19,280 nucleotides of DNA from Archangiaceae bacterium (GTDB lineage: Bacteria > Myxococcota > Myxococcia > Myxococcales > Myxococcaceae): positions 1 through 19,280 of the forward strand of contig JAYVCD010000149.1 in assembly GCA_043750125.1 (NCBI GenBank), written 5' to 3'. The notes under the pieces were generated by a model. That model made no database searches. It saw only the letters and a list, made by a program, of their open reading frames with translations, and had not been told where the DNA came from. Positions 13,951 to 19,280 of the stretch are shown here, piece by piece; positions within the stretch are counted from its first letter, which is position 1, and each line of letters begins with the position of its first letter. The translations under genes and the position numbers were made by a program.

Positions 13951-16556
13951 TTCAGCTGGCCGAGCGCCGCCCGAACCTCGTCGGCCATCGAGCCGGTCGG
14001 TTTCAGCTTCAAGTACTGCTGGTAGGGCGCGCGGGCTTCGTTGGTGCGGCCCATGTTCTGAAATGCCATTCCCAATGCCAGCCAGGCCTGCGGGTTGGCC
14101 GCATCGGCAGCGACCGATTCCTTGAGCAGCGGAACGGCGTCGCGGTAACCGGTATCTGAGAGCACCATCGAGATCCCGAGCCCGGTCTTCGCCTCATGCG
14201 AGTCGGGCTGAAGCTCCAGCGCCTGCTTGTAGGCCTTGAGTGCAGTGCCCCAGCGCTCTTTCTGAATCGCTTTTTTCGCGTCGGCGATCAGCTTCTCGTA
14301 GTCGCCCTCACCCGTGCCCCCGTCCGAAGCCGCAGCCCACCTGGAACCGGCGTCGACGATGGGAAGGCGGACTTCGGCCGCCCCGGCATCGACCGTCACT
14401 CGGGCAGCCACGAAGGGCACCGAGGCGTCGGGGACCTGTAGGACGTTGACCTGCGCTACGGAGGCATCAAAAAATTCTGCCTCGAGCGCGTACCCGCCCG
14501 CGTCTTCGACCGCGGCGGCGATCATCGCCGGTCGGTCTTCAACCCCTGGAGCGGGAAGCGGAGCTTTGAAGAAGTAGATGACGACGGTGGCAGCCAGCCC
14601 TCCGATCGCGAACCCCAACAAGATCGTTCGGCCCAGGGGGAACCGGGCCCGAAGGACGGGCGGCTGGGTGTCTTCATCATCGGTCGTAGGCTCAGTCAGA
14701 ATCGACGGAGTGTTTTCCTGGCCAAAGAAGCTGTCTTCCGCCGCGGTGCCGCGGCCAATCGGAGAGAGCCTCGGCGCTAGGACCGGAACGAGGCCATGGC
14801 CCGGGTAGGGGGGCAGCGCCAACTGCTTCGGCAAAGACCCGGGGGGAGGCGTCATGTCCGAGGGAGGAGGTGGCACCTGCAGCGCCGGCGGGATGTCCGG
14901 GCCCAAAGTGGGGGTCAGGATGTCCGGCTCAGGGTCGATGTCGAGCGGAACCAGATCGTCGAGCAACGGCAGCGTCGCAACCGGAATCCGCGGAGGGAGA
15001 ATGGCCTTTTCGAGTGCCGCGCCTCCAAAGACGGGCGCCCTGGGGACCTCGGGAATGGGTGAGCGTTCCCCGTCAGGTCGGGTCCACGCGCGAACGGGCG
15101 CCCAGATCGACGACGAGCCGATGCCTTCAGAATCGAGCTGGCTCCACTTGTCGAGCAGGTGGGCGCGCGCGCGCTGCAGCTCGTTCGAGCGCGGAGGCTC
15201 GACCAGAAATTGCGACGCCGGATCTTGCCTCGTCGGGTTCACGAGCGGGACCGGGGTGATCGGAAGCTCGGGGGTGGGTGGCCCCCGCGGCCGGGGAGCG
15301 AACCTGATGACTTCCGCGGGGGGCTTGAAGACCGCCGGACGTTCGACCGGACGGTCGAGCAGGGTGGGGGGCAGCTCGGGTTCGGCTGCCGCAACTTGAA
15401 GCGCGACCTGTTGCTCGACGGTGGGCGTGGGCGGCGAAGGCAGCGCGACGACCTCGAGCGCGATCGGATCACTCGGGTCCAGACCCTGAACCGGCATCGT
15501 GGGGCTGACGGTCACTTCCGGCGGGCGGCCCGGTTCGGAGCCCACCGGCTCGGGTCCGATGTTGAGCCATTCTTCGATTCCCGGCTTCTTCTTCGAGGGC
15601 TCTTCGGGGGCCGAAGCCGCTCCGAGCTCTTTGATCAGCCCTTCGAAGTACAGCTTGCTGATGATCCCCAGCGCCGCGAGATCTTCGAAGTCCGAGTCAT
15701 CGACGACCTTCGCCAGGGTTCGGCGCCCGTCGAAGAGCCGCAACAGCCCATTCACTTCGTCCGGAATTTCAGAAAGTCGATCGGCCAGCTGGGTGTAGTC
15801 GAGCTCGAAGACGGTCTCGAGTGGAGGCAGCTGCTCGAGCATTCGGCCCCACTCGTCGAGCCGCCGCATGCCTTCCATCAACAGGCCCTGCGTCGACATC
15901 TCGATTCGCTCGGGGCGCTCGACCGCTCCGAAGCCGACCTCGAACTTGCCCTCGAAGGTATTGAGCATCCGGTAGAAGGCGTTTTCGCCCTTCAGTCGGC
16001 CCAGCTCGGAATCAATGACCTTTCCTTCGCGGAAGTAGATGAGCCCGGTGCGCTCTCCTTCGATCTTGATGGTGCCCGTCTTCCGACCGATCTCGAACGT
16101 CTGGACCAGGTCGACGACGCCCATGTCCGAGAGGCTTCCTGCGAACCCGGCTTTGGTCTCGCGCTTCTCGTTGCGTTCCTTCTCGACCTTCTGAAGGATC
16201 ATCTTCACGCGGGTGACGATCTCTTTGATGTAGATCGGCTTGGTCAGGTAGTCGTCGCCACCCAGTTCCAGGCCCTTGATCTTGAACTCCACCGACTTCT
16301 GATTGGTGAGGAAGACGTAAGGGATGTGACGGAAACGCTCGTCGCTCTTGAGGATGCGACACAGCTCGAACCCGTCCAGCTCGGGCATTCGGGTATCGGC
16401 GAGGACGAGGTCCGGAGGACTGATCTGGACTTTCTCCAGAGCGTCTTTGCCATGGATCGCGGTCGTGACCTGGAAGCCAGCCTTCTTCAGGCTGACTTCC
16501 ATCACGCGCAGACTCTTCGCGTCTCCATCGACCAGCAGGAGATGCTGCTTCGCCAC
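13947..16556 (-). CDS. Membrane-anchored response regulator: REC - DUF4388 - Pro-rich linker - TM - TPR (PglH-like)
   Basis: Receiver (LLVDGD, LVLADTRMPELDG, FLT, TKP), DUF4388-like block (FAGSLSDMGVVDLVQ...KTG...IYFREGKVIDS), TM TILLGFAIGGLAATVVIYFF, and C-terminal TPRs (YKQALELQP, AWLALGMA, YQQYLKLKP). Confidence 0.9.
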   Translation of the reverse strand: MAKQHLLLVDGDAKSLRVMEVSLKKAGFQVTTAIHGKDALEKVQISPPDLVLADTRMPELDGFELCRILKSDERFRHIPYVFLTNQKSVEFKIKGLELGGDDYLTKPIYIKEIVTRVKMILQKVEKERNEKRETKAGFAGSLSDMGVVDLVQTFEIGRKTGTIKIEGERTGLIYFREGKVIDSELGRLKGENAFYRMLNTFEGKFEVGFGAVERPERIEMSTQGLLMEGMRRLDEWGRMLEQLPPLETVFELDYTQLADRLSEIPDEVNGLLRLFDGRRTLAKVVDDSDFEDLAALGIISKLYFEGLIKELGAASAPEEPSKKKPGIEEWLNIGPEPVGSEPGRPPEVTVSPTMPVQGLDPSDPIALEVVALPSPPTPTVEQQVALQVAAAEPELPPTLLDRPVERPAVFKPPAEVIRFAPRPRGPPTPELPITPVPLVNPTRQDPASQFLVEPPRSNELQRARAHLLDKWSQLDSEGIGSSSIWAPVRAWTRPDGERSPIPEVPRAPVFGGAALEKAILPPRIPVATLPLLDDLVPLDIDPEPDILTPTLGPDIPPALQVPPPPSDMTPPPGSLPKQLALPPYPGHGLVPVLAPRLSPIGRGTAAEDSFFGQENTPSILTEPTTDDEDTQPPVLRARFPLGRTILLGFAIGGLAATVVIYFFKAPLPAPGVEDRPAMIAAAVEDAGGYALEAEFFDASVAQVNVLQVPDASVPFVAARVTVDAGAAEVRLPIVDAGSRWAAASDGGTGEGDYEKLIADAKKAIQKERWGTALKAYKQALELQPDSHEAKTGLGISMVLSDTGYRDAVPLLKESVAADAANPQAWLALGMAFQNMGRTNEARAPYQQYLKLKPTGSMADEVRAALGQLK

Positions 16557-16589
16557 AGTGAAAAACCTCGGTTAAAGAGAAGGGGGGAT

Positions 16590-16919
16590 CTAGGACGCCG
16601 CGAGGTATTCCGCCAGAACTGCGCGGTCTTCCTCGGTCATGACGAGGAATTCGAAACCCATGCCGCCTTGCTGGAAGGGCTCGGGAAAGCGACGGACCCA
16701 GGCCACCCGGCCCTGAGCGCGCATCGGTCGGGGGACTCCGGGGACGCGAAACTCGAGGGCCAGCTGCTCGCCTTGCTCGAGCAAGAGGTCGGCGCGGACG
16801 AAGCTGCCTCCGATCGAAAGATCGGCGCCGGTGAAATGGAGCTCGCCTCGGGCATCGAGGCCGATGAAATCGACCTGCAGCGCATGGCGCTGGAAACGGC
16901 GTTTCTGGGGGGTGCTCAT
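16590..16919 (-). CDS. Stand-alone PilZ domain protein
   Basis: RxxxR (RRFQR) and DxSxxG (DLSIGG), plus GRVAWVR...GMGFEF typical of myxobacterial PilZ domains. Confidence 0.92.
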   Translation of the reverse strand: MSTPQKRRFQRHALQVDFIGLDARGELHFTGADLSIGGSFVRADLLLEQGEQLALEFRVPGVPRPMRAQGRVAWVRRFPEPFQQGGMGFEFLVMTEEDRAVLAEYLAAS

Positions 16920-16926
16920 GGTCGGT

Positions 16927-19280
16927 TCACTTGAAGAATCCCTTTTTCGTTTCGGCCTTCTTCTTGCGCATGTCGATCAGCCGCAGCTCCTGGTTCGCCT
17001 CGAGGTGGCGCGGGTTGAGCTGCACCGCCTGTTTGAAATGGGTTTCGGCCCGGCCGATGTCGCCTTCGACCCGGGCGATGACTCCCAATTGATAGTGGGC
17101 GCGATCACACTGGGGGTCGGTCTTCAAAGCCGACGCCATCATGTCCTTGGCGTGTTGGGCCTCGGCTTTCCGGGTGGGGTCCATGTAGATCGCCCAGGCC
17201 TGCGCAGCCAGGGCCACGCCCTTCTTGTCTTTCGCGAAGGCGCGCCCAAAGTGATCGTCGGCCTGGCGGTAGTCCCGTTTCTTGAAGAACACCTCACCCA
17301 ACTTCATCAGCTCGTCGGACCCGCCCGCTGCAGGCGGCTTGGGCGCAGGAGCGGCGTTGCCACTGGCGAGGTTGCTCATGTAGGCGGCGCGCTTCGCGTC
17401 GTCGTAGAGGGTTTCGTAGGCTTCGCGAATCGACTCGAACACCAGGGTCATTTTCTCCTGGTAGGAAGGAAGCGACGCGGGCAACCGGTCGGGGTGAAAA
17501 ATTTTGGCGAGGGTGAGGAAGGAGGTTTTCACCTGGTCTTTGCCCGCACCCACCGGAATGTTGAGGATCGCGTAGAGCTCTTTCTTCCCCTTCAAAACCT
17601 GGAGGCGTTGGTCGATCTGGGTCGCCAGCTGTTGTTCGGGAGCGGTGGGGGCGGCGTGATCGGTCGGGACCGGGGGCTCGAAGATCGGCAGGGGGGCGGT
17701 AGGAGCATCGTGGGAAGCGGTCGGAATGAGCCGGTTGGGCATCGTGCCCATGTTGTCCATCGCGCGGCGGAGCAGCCGCTGACGGCGCAACCGAGAGGCC
17801 TCTGCCGGATCTGAAGGGTCACCCAAGTCGTCGTCTCCAAGCCCATCGTCATCACGGGCAGCTTCAGGTTCAGCGATCGACTCGATGGAGGCCTCGATGA
17901 TCGGTGAGTCGTCCTCGCTAACGAGGGATTCGGAGCGACCCACCAGTTGCTCGAGGTTTGAATCGGCGCGCTTGAGGGCCTCTTCGAACGAGGTGTGTCC
18001 CGGGGTGCCCCCAGGGCTTCCCACGGGGGGCTGAACCAGCTTCCAGAGGTCGCCTTCGCCTTCGTCGGTGTGACCTGCGGGCCCGAAGATGAGCGGTTTG
18101 CTGGGCACCGACTGGTTCCAGGACGGAGGAACGGCGAAATTTGCGTTGGTGGTCTCCTTCGTCGAGGCCCGCAAGGCTTCGTTCATTCGCTTCAGCAGAC
18201 TGTCCTGCGCACGGTGCTGCTCGAAGATTTTTTTCTCTTCGGGACGAGCCGATTGCATTGCCTGTTCCATCGGTACCGGCTGAGGGGAAGCACGCGGAGT
18301 CGGCTGAGGCCCAAACCAATTGGAAGACGCGCTGTCTTGCTGGTCGTTCTCCATCCGCTTGCGGATCTCTTCGGCCCGGCGAAGGTCGTCTTGCATCTGG
18401 GCTTCGTCGGCGGCACGCCGCTCGGCAGCCATCGAGGCTTCTTCGGCAGCGCGCGCTCTTTGGTCTTCGGCCAGGCGCGCGGCCGTTTCCATTTCGCGCT
18501 GAGCGTTCTCGCCGGCCAACCGGACTTCTTCCGAGAAGAGCGCGGCTTCTTCCGCAAGGCCCGTCTGGATCGCTTCTTCCAGGCTGCGCGCTTCTTCCGC
18601 CGCCAGGGCTTCCGCAGCAAGGCGAGCTTCTTCTACCCGGCGCGCCTGCTCGGCGACTCGGGCTTCTTCGGCGACGCGAGCTTCTTCGAGGCGAGCTTCT
18701 TCGAGGCGGGCTTCTTCGGCGAGGCGGGCTTCTTCGGCGAGGCGGGCTTCTTCGGCGAGGCGGGCTTCTTCGGCGAGGCGAGCTTCTTCGAGGCGGGCTT
18801 CTTCGGCGAGGCGGGCTTCTTCGAGGCGGGCTTCTTCGGCGAGGCGGGCTTCTTCGGCGACCCGAGCTTCTTCAGCGAGGCGGGCTTCTTCAGCGAGGCG
18901 GGCTTCTTCGGCGACCCGAGCTTCTTCAGCGAAGCGAGCTTCTTCAGCGAGCCGTGATTCTTCTGCGATGCGAGCGTCCGCTGCTGCCCGTGCTTCATCG
19001 GTGATCCGCGCCTGTTCTGCGAGGCTTAATTCTTCCGCGACTCGCGCTTGTTCCGCGGCGCGAGCTACCTCCGTGACTCGGCTTTCTTCTGCGACGCGCG
19101 CCGCTTCAGCGACGAGGGCTTCCTCAGTGAGCCTCGTCTCTGCAACGACGCGAGCTTCTTCGGCGACGCGAGCTTCTTCAGCGACCCGAGCTTCTTCAGC
19201 GACGACGCGAGCTTCTTCAGCGACACGAGCTTCTTCAGCGACACGAGCTTCTTCAGCGACACGAGCTTCTTCAGCGACAC
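16927..19280 (-). CDS. Large J-domain (DnaJ) + TPR protein with (A)EEAR[LV] repeat region; 5' end outside the window
   Basis: The frame of the track ORF 16927..18519 stays open to the window edge (checked codon by codon; at least 783 aa). J-domain ELYAILNI...LAKIFHPDRL (HPD at 17496-17488) followed by TPRs. Confidence 0.92.
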   Translation of the reverse strand, partial: VAEEARVAEEARVAEEARVAEEARVVAEEARVAEEARVAEEARVVAETRLTEEALVAEAARVAEESRVTEVARAAEQARVAEELSLAEQARITDEARAAADARIAEESRLAEEARFAEEARVAEEARLAEEARLAEEARVAEEARLAEEARLEEARLAEEARLEEARLAEEARLAEEARLAEEARLAEEARLEEARLEEARVAEEARVAEQARRVEEARLAAEALAAEEARSLEEAIQTGLAEEAALFSEEVRLAGENAQREMETAARLAEDQRARAAEEASMAAERRAADEAQMQDDLRRAEEIRKRMENDQQDSASSNWFGPQPTPRASPQPVPMEQAMQSARPEEKKIFEQHRAQDSLLKRMNEALRASTKETTNANFAVPPSWNQSVPSKPLIFGPAGHTDEGEGDLWKLVQPPVGSPGGTPGHTSFEEALKRADSNLEQLVGRSESLVSEDDSPIIEASIESIAEPEAARDDDGLGDDDLGDPSDPAEASRLRRQRLLRRAMDNMGTMPNRLIPTASHDAPTAPLPIFEPPVPTDHAAPTAPEQQLATQIDQRLQVLKGKKELYAILNIPVGAGKDQVKTSFLTLAKIFHPDRLPASLPSYQEKMTLVFESIREAYETLYDDAKRAAYMSNLASGNAAPAPKPPAAGGSDELMKLGEVFFKKRDYRQADDHFGRAFAKDKKGVALAAQAWAIYMDPTRKAEAQHAKDMMASALKTDPQCDRAHYQLGVIARVEGDIGRAETHFKQAVQLNPRHLEANQELRLIDMRKKKAETKKGFFK
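18655..18948 (-). repeat. Coding minisatellite block 1: 17 units encoding (A)EEAR[LVF]
   Basis: 13 units of 18 bp and 4 units of 15 bp (294 bp); main unit gccgaagaagcccgcctc. Confidence 0.95.
19144..19280 (-). repeat. Coding minisatellite block 2: AEEARV(V) units, running off the window
   Basis: Seven full units (five of 18 bp, two of 21 bp) between 19275 and 19144; main unit gctgaagaagctcg[tcg]gtc. Confidence 0.95.

Noticed and set aside
18633-18998. Histone H1-like SPKK-repeat ORF (and SLKKL ORF 19065..19280)
   Set aside because: These are alternative frames of the AEEARL repeat. All repeat units are multiples of 3, so slippage would not shift into them.
17995-19004. Plus-strand FFGEAG and GGLLRR repeat ORFs
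   Set aside because: Antisense shadows of the same coding repeat.
18655-19280. CRISPR array
   Set aside because: Head-to-tail 15-21 bp units with no unique spacers, in frame within a gene, and no cas genes.
1-19280. Mobile element, prophage or defence island
   Set aside because: No transposase, integrase, phage or nuclease genes, no terminal repeats, and no visible compositional break.

Overview
This is a GC-rich, gene-dense chromosomal segment that is almost certainly from a myxobacterium (Myxococcota, Cystobacterineae-like), judged from its gene families and order. From left to right it holds: the 5' end of a cystathionine beta-synthase/cysteine synthase gene and an orphan YgiT-type zinc finger (-); a hypothetical gene plus an amgK/murU-like pair (+); a structured ~300-bp intergenic region; a 2TM-HAMP-HD-GYP phosphodiesterase with a non-canonical RxxQ motif, then lipoprotein, DUF971 and PEGA genes (+); dNK-panB-panC-smpB-sspB (-); a 93-aa hypothetical, a 50-aa basic ORF missed by the ORF track and a BASS symporter (+); and a long minus-strand run of repeat-rich J-domain/TPR gene (5'-truncated), PilZ, membrane-anchored REC-DUF4388-TPR regulator, tsaD, rsmA and lipocalin. 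I found no rRNA, tRNA, tmRNA, CRISPR array or mobile element. Most of the window is conserved core genome, and I cannot show a wholly new system from sequence alone. The best leads are a sensor-less, PmxA-like candidate 3',3'-cGAMP phosphodiesterase with a two-state structured upstream element, the PilZ/transmembrane response regulator/J-protein module, the unannotated 50-aa basic protein, a symmetric bidirectional promoter, and a possible pantoate-uptake link. All family calls come from reading motifs by eye; no database search was run.
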